A stretch of DNA of 64,000 nucleotides, taken from NCBI RefSeq assembly GCF_009914755.1, contig NC_060938.1. One strand, written 5' to 3'. Origin of the DNA: the human T2T-CHM13v2.0 reference genome, Homo sapiens. The notes below the pieces were generated by a model. The model did not search any database, was not told where the DNA came from, and saw only the letters and a list, made by a program, of their open reading frames with translations. Of the stretch, positions 1 to 11,500 are shown one piece after another (position 1 is the stretch's first letter; each line of letters begins with the position of its first letter). The translations under genes and the position numbers were made by a program.

Positions 1-14
1 TTATGGGAAGATAT

Positions 15-31
15 TTCCCTTTTCACCGTAG
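15..31 (-). promoter_or_regulatory. pJ-alpha-like box of an A-type monomer (equivalents at 357, 699 and 1041; recurs in each HOR)
   Basis: TTCCCTTTTCACCGTAG occupies the position homologous to the CENP-B box, 171 bp before it. It resembles the A-type pJ-alpha motif (minus strand CTAYGGTGAAAAAGGAA-like). Protein binding is not demonstrable from sequence. Confidence 0.7.
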
Positions 32-185
32 GCGTCAAGGCGCTCCAAATGTCCACTTCCAGATACTACAAAAAGAGTGTTTCAAACCTACTCTGTGAAA
101 GGGAATATTCAACTCTGTGACTTGAATGCACATATCACAAGGAAGTTTCTGAGAATGCTTCTGTCGAGATTTTATATGAAGATAT

Positions 186-202
186 TCCCGTTTCCAACGA
201 AA
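186..202 (-). promoter_or_regulatory. CENP-B box (box 1 of each HOR; recurs every 1364 bp)
   Basis: Plus strand TCCCGTTTCCAACGAAA reads TTTCGTTGGAAACGGGA on the minus strand, matching the core NTTCGNNNNANNCGGGN. Confidence 0.97.
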
Positions 203-527
203 TCCTGAAATCTATCCAAATATCCCCTTGCAGATTCTACAAAAAGAGTGTTTCAAAACTGCTCTGTAAAAAGAAAGGTTCAACTCTGTTAGTTGAGTAC
301 ACACATCACAAACAAGTTTCACAGAATGCTTCTTTCTAGCTTGTAGGGGAAGATATTCCCTTTATCACCATGGGCCTCCAACCGTCCGAAACATCCACTT
401 CCATATACTACAAAAAGAGCGTTTCAAACCTGCTCTATGAAAGGCAATGTTCAACTCTGTGACTTGAATGCAGACATCACAGAGCAGTTTCTGAGAATGC
501 TTCTGTCTAGATTTTATAGGAAGATAT

Positions 528-544
528 TCCCGTTTCCAACGAAA
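528..544 (-). promoter_or_regulatory. CENP-B box (box 2 of each HOR; recurs every 1364 bp)
   Basis: TCCCGTTTCCAACGAAA, 342 bp after box 1. Confidence 0.97.
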
Positions 545-869
545 TCTTCACAGCTATCCAAATATCCACTTGCAGATTCTACAAAAAGAGTGTATCAAAA
601 CTGCTCTGTCAAAAGGAAGGTTCTTCTCTGTTAGGTGAGTGCATACGTCATAAAGCAGTTTCTGAGAATGTTTCTGTCTAGTGGTTATGGGAAGATATTT
701 GCTTTTTCACCGTAGGCCTCAGAGCGCTCCAAATATCCACTTGCACATACTACAAAAAGAGTGCCTCAAAGCTGCTCTCTGAAACGGAATGTTCAACTCT
801 ATGAGTTGAATGCAAACATCGCAAAGACGTTTCTGAGAATGCTTCTGTCTAGATTTGATATGAAGATAT

Positions 870-886
870 TCCCGTTTCCAACGAAA
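870..886 (-). promoter_or_regulatory. CENP-B box (box 3 of each HOR; recurs every 1364 bp)
   Basis: TCCCGTTTCCAACGAAA, 342 bp after box 2. Confidence 0.97.
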
Positions 887-1207
887 TCTTCAAATCTATC
901 CAAATGTCCACTTGCAGATTCAACAAAAAGTGTTTTTCAGAACTGCTCTATCAAAAGAAAGATCCACCTCTGTTAGCTGAGTTCACACATCACAAACAAG
1001 TTTATGAGAATGCTTCTGTCTAGTTTTTATTTGAAGATATTTCCTTTCTCACCATAGAGCTGAAAGCTGTCCTAATGTTCACTTCCAGATACTACAGAAA
1101 GAGTGTTTCAAAACTGCTGTACGAAAGGGAATGTTCAACTCTGTGACTTGAATGCACACATCACAAAGAAGTTTCTGAGGATGCTGCTGTCTACTTTTTA
1201 TACGTAA

Positions 1208-1224
1208 TCCCGTTACCAACGAAA
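1208..1224 (-). promoter_or_regulatory. Mutated CENP-B box (box 4 of the first HOR copy)
   Basis: TCCCGTTACCAACGAAA. The T>A at 1215 changes core position 10 from A to T on the minus strand. Confidence 0.9.
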
Positions 1225-2571
1225 TCCTCCAAGCTATCCAAATATCCACTTGCAGATTCCACAGAAAGACTGTTTCAAAACTGCTCTGTCAATAGAAAGG
1301 TTCAACTCTGTTAGCTGCGTGCATATATCCCAAAGAAGATTCTGAGATTGCTTCTGTCTAGTTTTTATGGGAAGATATTTCCCTTTTCACCGTAGGCGTC
1401 AAGGCGCTCCAAATGTCCACTTCCAGATACTACAAAAAGAGTGTTTCAAACCTACTCTGTGAAAGGGAATATTCAACTCTGTGACTTGAATGCACATATC
1501 ACAAAGAAGTTTCTGAGAATGCTTCTGTCGAGATTTTATATGAAGATATTCCCGTTTCCAACGAAATGCTGAAATCTATCCAAATATCCCCTCGCAGATT
1601 CTACGAAAAGAGTGTTTCAAAACTGCTCTGTGAAAAGAAAGGTTCAACTCTGTTAGTTGAGTACACACATCACAAACAAGTTTCACAGAATGCTTCTTTC
1701 TAGCTTGTAGGGGAAGATATTCCCTTTATCACCATGGGCCTCCAACCGTCCGAAACATCCACTTCCATATACTACAAAAAGAGCGTTTCAAACCTGCTCT
1801 ATGAAAGGCAATGTTCAACTCTGTGACTTGAATGCAGACATCACAGAGCAGTTTCTGAGAATGCTTCTGTCTAGATTTTATAGGAAGATATTCCCGTTTC
1901 CAACGAAATCTTCACAGCTATCCAAATATCCACTTGCAGATTCTACAAAAAGAGTGTATCAAAACTGCTCTGTCAAAAGGAAGGTTCTTCTCTGTTAGGT
2001 GAGTGCATACGTCATAAAGGAGTTTCTGAGAATGTTTCTGTCTAGTGGTTATGGGAAGATATTTGCTTTTTCACCGTAGGCCTCAGAGCGCTCCAAATAT
2101 CCACTTGCACATACTACAAAAAGAGTGCTTCAAAGCTGCTCTCTGAAACGGAATGTTCAACTCTATGAGTTGAATGCAAACATCACAAAGACGTTTCTGA
2201 GAATGCTTCTGTCTAGATTTGATATGAAGATATTCCCGTTTCCAACGAAATCTTCAAATCTATCCAAATGTCCACTTGCAGATTCAACAAAAAGTGTTTT
2301 TCAGAACTGCTCTATCAAAAGAAAGATCCACCTCTGTTAGCTGAGTTCACACATCACAAACAAGTTTATGAGAATGCTTCTGTCTAGTTTTTATTTGAAG
2401 ATATTTCCTTTCTCACCATAGAGCTGAAAGCTGTCCTAATGTTCACTTCCAGATACTACAGAAAGAGTGTTTCAAAACTGCTGTACGAAAGGGAATGTTC
2501 AACTCTGTGACTTGAATGCACACATCACAAAGAAGTTTCTGAGGATGCTGCTGTCTACTTTTTATACGTAA

Positions 2572-2588
2572 TCCCGTTTCCAACGAAA
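2572..2588 (-). promoter_or_regulatory. CENP-B box (box 4, intact form; recurs every 1364 bp to 63952..63968)
   Basis: TCCCGTTTCCAACGAAA preceded by the shortened TTTTTATACGTAA flank. Confidence 0.96.
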
Positions 2589-5500
2589 TCCTCCAAGCTA
2601 TCCAAATATCCACTTGCAGATTCCACAGAAAGACTGTTTCAAAACTGCTCTGTCAATAGAAAGGTTCAACTCTGTTAGCTGCATGCATATATCCCAAAGA
2701 AGATTCTGAGATTGCTTCTGTCTAGTTTTTATGGGAAGATATTTCCCTTTTCACCGTAGGCGTCAAGGCGCTCCAAATGTCCACTTCCAGATACTACAAA
2801 AAGAGTGTTTTAAACCTACTCTGTGAAAGGGAATATTCAACTCTGTGACTTGAATGCACATATCACAAGGAAGTTTCTGAGAATGCTTCTGTCGAGATTT
2901 TATATGAAGATATTCCCGTTTCCAACGAAATCCTGAAATCTATCCAAATATCCCCTTGCAGATTCTACAAAAAGAGTGTTTCAAAACTGCTCTGTAAAAA
3001 GAAAGGTTCAACTCTGTTAGTTGAGTACACACATCACAAACAAGTTTCACACAATGCTTCTTTCTAGCTTGTAGGGGAAGATATTCCCTTTATCACCATG
3101 GGCCTCAAACCGTCCGATAAGTCCACTTCCATATACTACAAAAAGAGCGTTTCAAACCTGCTCTATGAAAGGCAATGTTCAACTCTGTGACTTGAATGCA
3201 GACATCACAGAGCAGTTTCTGAGAATGCTTCTGTCTAGATTTTATAGGAAGATATTCCCGTTTCCAACGAAATCTTCACAGCTATCCAAATATCCACTTG
3301 CAGATTCTACAAAAAGAGTGTATCAAAACTGCTCTGTCAAAAGGAAGGTTCTTTTCTGTTAGGTGAGTGCATACGTCATAAAGGAGTTTCTGAGAATGTT
3401 TCTGTCTAGTGGTTATGGGAAGATATTTGCTTTTTCACCGTAGGCCTCAGAGCGCTCCAAATATCCACTTGCACATACTACAAAAAGAGTGCCTCAAAGC
3501 TGCTCTCTGAAACGGAATGTTCAACTCTATGAGTTGAATGCAAACATCGCAAAGACGTTTCTGAGAATGCTTCTGTCTAGATTTGATATGAAGATATTCC
3601 CGTTTCCAACGAAATCTTCAAATCTATCCAAATGTCCACTTGCAGATTCAACAAAAAGTGTTTTTCAGAACTGCTCTATCAAAAGAAAGATCCACCTCTG
3701 TTAGCTGAGTTCACACATCACAAACAAGTTTATGAGAATGCTTCTGTCTAGTTTTTATTTGAAGATATTTCCTTTCTCACCATAGAGCTGAAAGCTGTCC
3801 TAATGTTCACTTCCAGATACTACAGAAAGAGTGTTTCAAAACTGCTGTACGAAAGGGAATGTTCAACTCTGTGACTTCAGTGCACACATCACAAAGAAGT
3901 TTCTGAGGATGCTGCTGTCTACTTTTTATACGTAATCCCGTTTCCAACGAAATCCTCCAAGCTATCCAAATATCCACTTGCAGATTCCACAGAAAGACTG
4001 TTTCAAAACTGCTCTGTCAATAGAAAGGTTCAACTCTGTTAGCTGCGTGCATATATCCCAAAGAAGATTCTGAGATTGCTTCTGTCTAGTTTTTATGGGA
4101 AGATATTTCCCTTTTCACCGTAGGTGTCAAGGCGCTCCAAATGTCCACTTCCAGATACTACAAAAAGAGTGTTTCAAACCTACTCTGTGAAAGGGAATAT
4201 TCAACTCTGTGACTTGAATGCACATATCACAAAGAAGTTTCTGAGAATGCTTCTGTCGAGATTTTATATGAAGATATTCCCGTTTCCAACGAAATGCTGA
4301 AATCTATCCAAATATCCCCTCGCAGATTCTACGAAAAGAGTGTTTCAAAACTGCTCTGTGAAAAGAAAGGTTCAACTCTGTTAGTTGAGTACACACATCA
4401 CAAACAAGTTTCACAGAATGCTTCTTTCTAGCTTGTAGGGGAAGATATTCCCTTTATCACCATGGGCCTCAAACCGTCCGATAAGTCCACTTCCATATAC
4501 TACAAAAAGAGCGTTTCAAACCTGCTCTATGAAAGGCAATGTTCAACTCTGTGACTTGAATGCAGACATCACAGAGCAGTTTCTGAGAATGCTTCTGTCT
4601 AGATTTTATAGGAAGATATTCCCGTTTCCAACGAAATCTTCACAGCTATCCAAATATCCACTTGCAGATTCTACAAAAAGAGTGTATCAAAACTGCTCTG
4701 TCAAAAGGAAGGTTCTTTTCTGTTAGGTGAGTGCATACGTCATAAAGGAGTTTCTGAGAATGTTTCTGTCTAGTGGTTATGGGAAGATATTTGCTTTTTC
4801 ACCGTAGGCCTCAGAGCGCTCCAAATATCCACTTGCACATACTACAAAAAGAGTGCCTCAAAGCTGCTCTCTGAAACGGAATGTTCAACTCTATGAGTTG
4901 AATGCAAACATCGCAAAGACGTTTCTGAGAATGCTTCTGTCTAGATTTGATATGAAGATATTCCCGTTTCCAACGAAATCTTCAAATCTATCCAAATGTC
5001 CACTTGCAGATTCAACAAAAAGTGTTTTTCAGAACTGCTCTATCAAAAGAAAGATCCACCTCTGTTAGCTGAGTTCACACATCACAAACAAGTTTATGAG
5101 AATGCTTCTGTCTAGTTTTTATTTGAAGATATTTCCTTTCTCACCATAGAGCTGAAAGCTGTCCTAATGTTCACTTCCAGATACTACAGAAAGAGTGTTT
5201 CAAAACTGCTGTACGAAAGGGAATGTTCAACTCTGTGACTTGAATGCACACATCACAAAGAAGTTTCTGAGGATGCTGCTGTCTACTTTTTATACGTAAT
5301 CCCGTTTCCAACGAAATCCTCCAAGCTATCCAAATATCCACTTGCAGATTCCACAGAAAGACTGTTTCAAAACTGCTCTGTCAATAGAAAGGTTCAACTC
5401 TGTTAGCTGCGTGCATATATCCCAAAGAAGATTCTGAGATTGCTTCTGTCTAGTTTTTATGGGAAGATATTTCCCTTTTCACCGTAGGCGTCAAGGCGCT

Positions 5501-8500
5501 CCAAATGTCCACTTCCAGATACTACAAAAAGAGTGTTTCAAACCTACTCTGTGAAAGGGAATATTCAACTCTGTGACTTGAATGCACATATCACAAAGAA
5601 GTTTCTGAGAATGCTTCTGTCGAGATTTTATATGAAGATATTCCCGTTTCCAACGAAATGCTGAAATGTATCCAAATATCCCCTCGCAGATTCTACAAAA
5701 AGAGTGTTTCAAAACTGCTCTGTGAAAAGAAAGGTTCAACTCTGTTAGTTGAGTACACACATCACAAACAAGTTTCACACAATGCTTCTTTCTAGCTTGT
5801 AGGGGAAGATATTCCCTTTATCACCATGGGCCTCCAACCGTCCGAAACATCCACTTCCATATACTACAAAAAGAGCGTTTCAAACCTGCTCTATGAAAGG
5901 CAATGTTCAACTCTGTGACTTGAATGCAGACATCACAGAGCAGTTTCTGAGAATGCTTCTGTCTAGATTTTATAGGAAGATATTCCCGTTTCCAACGAAA
6001 TCTTCACAGCTATCCAAATATCCACTTGCAGATTCTACAAAAAGAGTGTATCAAAACTGCTCTGTCAAAAGGAAGGTTCTTTTCTGTTAGGTGAGTGCAT
6101 ACGTCATAAAGGAGTTTCTGAGAATGTTTCTGTCTAGTGGTTATGGGAAGATATTTGCTTTTTCACCGTAGGCCTCAGAGCGCTCCAAATATCCACTTGC
6201 ACATACTACAAAAAGAGTGCCTCAAAGCTGCTCTCTGAAACGGAATGTTCAACTCTATGAGTTGAATGCAAACATCGCAAAGACGTTTCTGAGAATGCTT
6301 CTGTCTAGATTTGATATGAAGATATTCCCGTTTCCAACGAAATCTTCAAATCTATCCAAATGTCCACTTGCAGATTCAACAAAAAGTGTCTTTCAGAACT
6401 GCTCTATCAAAAGAAAGATCCACCTCTGTTAGCTGAGTTCACACATCACAAACAAGTTTATGAGAATGCTTCTGTCTAGTTTTTATTTGAAGATATTTCC
6501 TTTCTCACCATAGAGCTGAAAGCTGTCCTAATGTTCACTTCCAGATACTACAGAAAGAGTGTTTCAAAACTGCTGTACGAAAGGGAATGTTCAACTCTGT
6601 GACTTCAGTGCACACATCACAAAGAAGTTTCTGAGGATGCTGCTGTCTACTTTTTATACGTAATCCCGTTTCCAACGAAATCCTCCAAGCTATCCAAATA
6701 TCCACTTGCAGATTCCACAGAAAGACTGTTTCAAAACTGCTCTGTCAATAGAAAGGTTCAACTCTGTTAGCTGCGTGCATATATCCCAAAGAAGATTCTG
6801 AGATTGCTTCTGTCTAGTTTTTATGGGAAGATATTTCCCTTTTCACCGTAGGTGTCAAGGCGCTCCAAATGTCCACTTCCAGATACTACAAAAAGAGTGT
6901 TTCAAACCTACTCTGTGAAAGGGAATATTCAACTCTGTGACTTGAATGCACATATCACAAAGAAGTTTCTGAGAATGCTTCTGTCGAGATTTTATATGAA
7001 GATATTCCCGTTTCCAACGAAATGCTGAAATCTATCCAAATATCCCCTCGCAGATTCTACGAAAAGAGTGTTTCAAAACTGCTCTGTGAAAAGAAAGGTT
7101 CAACTCTGTTAGTTGAGTACACACATCACAAACAAGTTTCACAGAATGCTTCTTTCTAGCTTGTAGGGGAAGATATTCCCTTTATCACCATGGGCCTCAA
7201 ACCGTCCGATAAGTCCACTTCCATATACTACAAAAAGAGCGTTTCAAACCTGCTCTATGAAAGGCAATGTTCAACTCTGTGACTTGAATGCAGACATCAC
7301 AGAGCAGTTTCTGAGAATGCTTCTGTCTAGATTTTATAGGAAGATATTCCCGTTTCCAACGAAATCTTCACAGCTATCCAAATATCCACTTGCAGATTCT
7401 ACAAAAAGAGTGTATCAAAACTGCTCTGTCAAAAGGAAGGTTCTTCTCTGTTAGGTGAGTGCATACGTCATAAAGGAGTTTCTGAGAATGTTTCTGTCTA
7501 GTGGTTATGGGAAGATATTTGCTTTTTCACCGTAGGCCTCAGAGCGCTCCAAATATCCACTTGCACATACTACAAAAAGAGTGCCTCAAAGCTGCTCTCT
7601 GAAACGGAATGTTCAACTCTATGAGTTGAATGCAAACATCGCAAAGACGTTTCTGAGAATGCTTCTGTCTAGATTTGATATGAAGATATTCCCGTTTCCA
7701 ACGAAATCTTCAAATCTATCCAAATGTCCACTTGCAGATTCAACAAAAAGTGTTTTTCAGAACTGCTCTATCAAAAGAAAGATCCACCTCTGTTAGCTGA
7801 GTTCACACATCACAAACAAGTTTATGAGAATGCTTCTGTCTAGTTTTTATTTGAAGATATTTCCTTTCTCACCATAGAGCTGAAAGCTGTCCTAATGTTC
7901 ACTTCCAGATACTACAGAAAGAGTGTTTCAAAACTGCTGTACGAAAGGGAATGTTCAACTCTGTGACTTGAATGCACACATCACAAAGAAGTTTCTGAGG
8001 ATGCTGCTGTCTACTTTTTATACGTAATCCCGTTTCCAACGAAATCCTCCAAGCTATCCAAATATCCACTTGCAGATTCCACAGAAAGACTGTTTCAAAA
8101 CTGCTCTGTCAATAGAAAGGTTCAACTCTGTTAGCTGCGTGCATATATCCCAAAGAAGATTCTGAGATTGCTTCTGTCTAGTTTTTATGGGAAGATATTT
8201 CCCTTTTCACCGTAGGCGTCAAGGCGCTCCAAATGTCCACTTCCAGATACTACAAAAAGAGTGTTTCAAACCTACTCTGTGAAAGGGAATATTCAACTCT
8301 GTGACTTGAATGCACATATCACAAAGAAGTTTCTGAGAATGCTTCTGTCGAGATTTTATATGAAGATATTCCCGTTTCCAACGAAATGCTGAAATGTATC
8401 CAAATATCCCCTCGCAGATTCTACAAAAAGAGTGTTTCAAAACTGCTCTGTGAAAAGAAAGGTTCAACTCTGTTAGTTGAGTACACACATCACAAACAAG

Positions 8501-11500
8501 TTTCACACAATGCTTCTTTCTAGCTTGTAGGGGAAGATATTCCCTTTATCACCATGGGCCTCCAACCGTCCGAAACATCCACTTCCATATACTACAAAAA
8601 GAGCGTTTCAAACCTGCTCTATGAAAGGCAATGTTCAACTCTGTGACTTGAATGCAGACATCACAGAGCAGTTTCTGAGAATGCTTCTGTCTAGATTTTA
8701 TAGGAAGATATTCCCGTTTCCAACGAAATCTTCACAGCTATCCAAATATCCACTTGCAGATTCTACAAAAAGAGTGTATCAAAACTGCTCTGTCAAAAGG
8801 AAGGTTCTTCTCTGTTAGGTGAGTGCATACGTCATAAAGGAGTTTCTGAGAATGTTTCTGTCTAGTGGTTATGGGAAGATATTTGCTTTTTCACCGTAGG
8901 CCTCAGAGCGCTCCAAATATCCACTTGCACATACTACAAAAAGAGTGCCTCAAAGCTGCTCTCTGAAACGGAATGTTCAACTCTATGAGTTGAATGCAAA
9001 CATCGCAAAGACGTTTCTGAGAATGCTTCTGTCTAGATTTGATATGAAGATATTCCCGTTTCCAACGAAATCTTCAAATCTATCCAAATGTCCACTTGCA
9101 GATTCAACAAAAAGTGTTTTTCAGAACTGCTCTATCAAAAGAAAGATCCACCTCTGTTAGCTGAGTTCACACATCACAAACAAGTTTATGAGAATGCTTC
9201 TGTCTAGTTTTTATTTGAAGATATTTCCTTTCTCACCATAGAGCTGAAAGCTGTCCTAATGTTCACTTCCAGATACTACAGAAAGAGTGTTTCAAAACTG
9301 CTGTACGAAAGGGAATGTTCAACTATGTGACTTGAATGCACACATCACAAAGAAGTTTCTGAGGATGCTGCTGTCTACTTTTTATACGTAATCCCGTTTC
9401 CAACGAAATCCTCCAAGCTATCCAAATATCCACTTGCAGATTCCACAGAAAGACTGTTTCAAAACTGCTCTGTCAATAGAAAGGTTCAACTCTGTTAGCT
9501 GCGTGCATATATCCCAAAGAAGATTCTGAGATTGCTTCTGTCTAGTTTTTATGGGAAGATATTTCCCTTTTCACCGTAGGCGTCAAGGCGCTCCAAATGT
9601 CCACTTCCAGATACTACAAAAAGAGTGTTTCAAACCTACTCTGTGAAAGGGAATATTCAACTCTGTGACTTGAATGCACATATCACAAAGAAGTTTCTGA
9701 GAATGCTTCTGTCGAGATTTTATATGAAGATATTCCCGTTTCCAACGAAATGCTGAAATCTATCCAAATATCCCCTCGCAGATTCTACGAAAAGAGTGTT
9801 TCAAAACTGCTCTGTGAAAAGAAAGGTTCAACTCTGTTAGTTGAGTACACACATCACAAACAAGTTTCACAGAATGCTTCTTTCTAGCTTGTAGGGGAAG
9901 ATATTCCCTTTATCACCATGGGCCTCCAACCGTCCGAAACATCCACTTCCATATACTACAAAAAGAGCGTTTCAAACCTGCTCTATGAAAGGCAATGTTC
10001 AACTCTGTGACTTGAATGCAGACATCACAGAGCAGTTTCTGAGAATGCTTCTGTCTAGATTTTATAGGAAGATATTCCCGTTTCCAACGAAATCTTCACA
10101 GCTATCCAAATATCCACTTGCAGATTCTACAAAAAGAGTGTATCAAAACTGCTCTGTCAAAAGGAAGGTTCTTTTCTGTTAGGTGAGTGCATACGTCATA
10201 AAGGAGTTTCTGAGAATGTTTCTGTCTAGTGGTTATGGGAAGATATTTGCTTTTTCACCGTAGGCCTCAGAGCGCTCCAAATATCCACTTGCACATACTA
10301 CAAAAAGAGTGCCTCAAAGCTGCTCTCTGAAACGGAATGTTCAACTCTATGAGTTGAATGCAAACATCGCAAAGACGTTTCTGAGAATGCTTCTGTCTAG
10401 ATTTGATATGAAGATATTCCCGTTTCCAACGAAATCTTCAAATCTATCCAAATGTCCACTTGCAGATTCAACAAAAAGTGTCTTTCAGAACTGCTCTATC
10501 AAAAGAAAGATCCACCTCTGTTAGCTGAGTTCACACATCACAAACAAGTTTATGAGAATGCTTCTGTCTAGTTTTTATTTGAAGATATTTCCTTTCTCAC
10601 CATAGAGCTGAAAGCTGTCCTAATGTTCACTTCCAGATACTACAGAAAGAGTGTTTCAAAACTGCTGTACGAAAGGGAATGTTCAACTCTGTGACTTCAG
10701 TGCACACATCACAAAGAAGTTTCTGAGGATGCTGCTGTCTACTTTTTATACGTAATCCCGTTTCCAACGAAATCCTCCAAGCTATCCAAATATCCACTTG
10801 CAGATTCCACAGAAAGACTGTTTCAAAACTGCTCTGTCAATAGAAAGGTTCAACTCTGTTAGCTGCGTGCATATATCCCAAAGAAGATTCTGAGATTGCT
10901 TCTGTCTAGTTTTTATGGGAAGATATTTCCCTTTTCACCGTAGGTGTCAAGGCGCTCCAAATGTCCACTTCCAGATACTACAAAAAGAGTGTTTCAAACC
11001 TACTCTGTGAAAGGGAATATTCAACTCTGTGACTTGAATGCACATATCACAAAGAAGTTTCTGAGAATGCTTCTGTCGAGATTTTATATGAAGATATTCC
11101 CGTTTCCAACGAAATGCTGAAATCTATCCAAATATCCCCTCGCAGATTCTACGAAAAGAGTGTTTCAAAACTGCTCTGTGAAAAGAAAGGTTCAACTCTG
11201 TTAGTTGAGTACACACATCACAAACAAGTTTCACAGAATGCTTCTTTCTAGCTTGTAGGGGAAGATATTCCCTTTATCACCATGGGCCTCCAACCGTCCG
11301 AAACATCCACTTCCATATACTACAAAAAGAGCGTTTCAAACCTGCTCTATGAAAGGCAATGTTCAACTCTGTGACTTGAATGCAGACATCACAGAGCAGT
11401 TTCTGAGAATGCTTCTGTCTAGATTTTATAGGAAGATATTCCCGTTTCCAACGAAATCTTCACAGCTATCCAAATATCCACTTGCAGATTCTACAAAAAG

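Larger units (their letters stand above)
1..1364 (-). repeat. Representative HOR unit: four A/B dimers of 342+342+338+342 bp; SF2-type, probably the chr14/chr22 8-mer (D14Z9/D22Z1-like)
   Basis: CENP-B boxes start at 186, 528, 870, 1208, then 1550. XbaI TCTAGA is at 506 and 848 (fragments of 342 and 1022 bp) and there is a single TaqI TCGA at 164 (fragment of 1364 bp). The structure is seen directly. The chromosome assignment rests on recalled knowledge of SF2 8-mers and was not verified by alignment. Confidence 0.7.
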
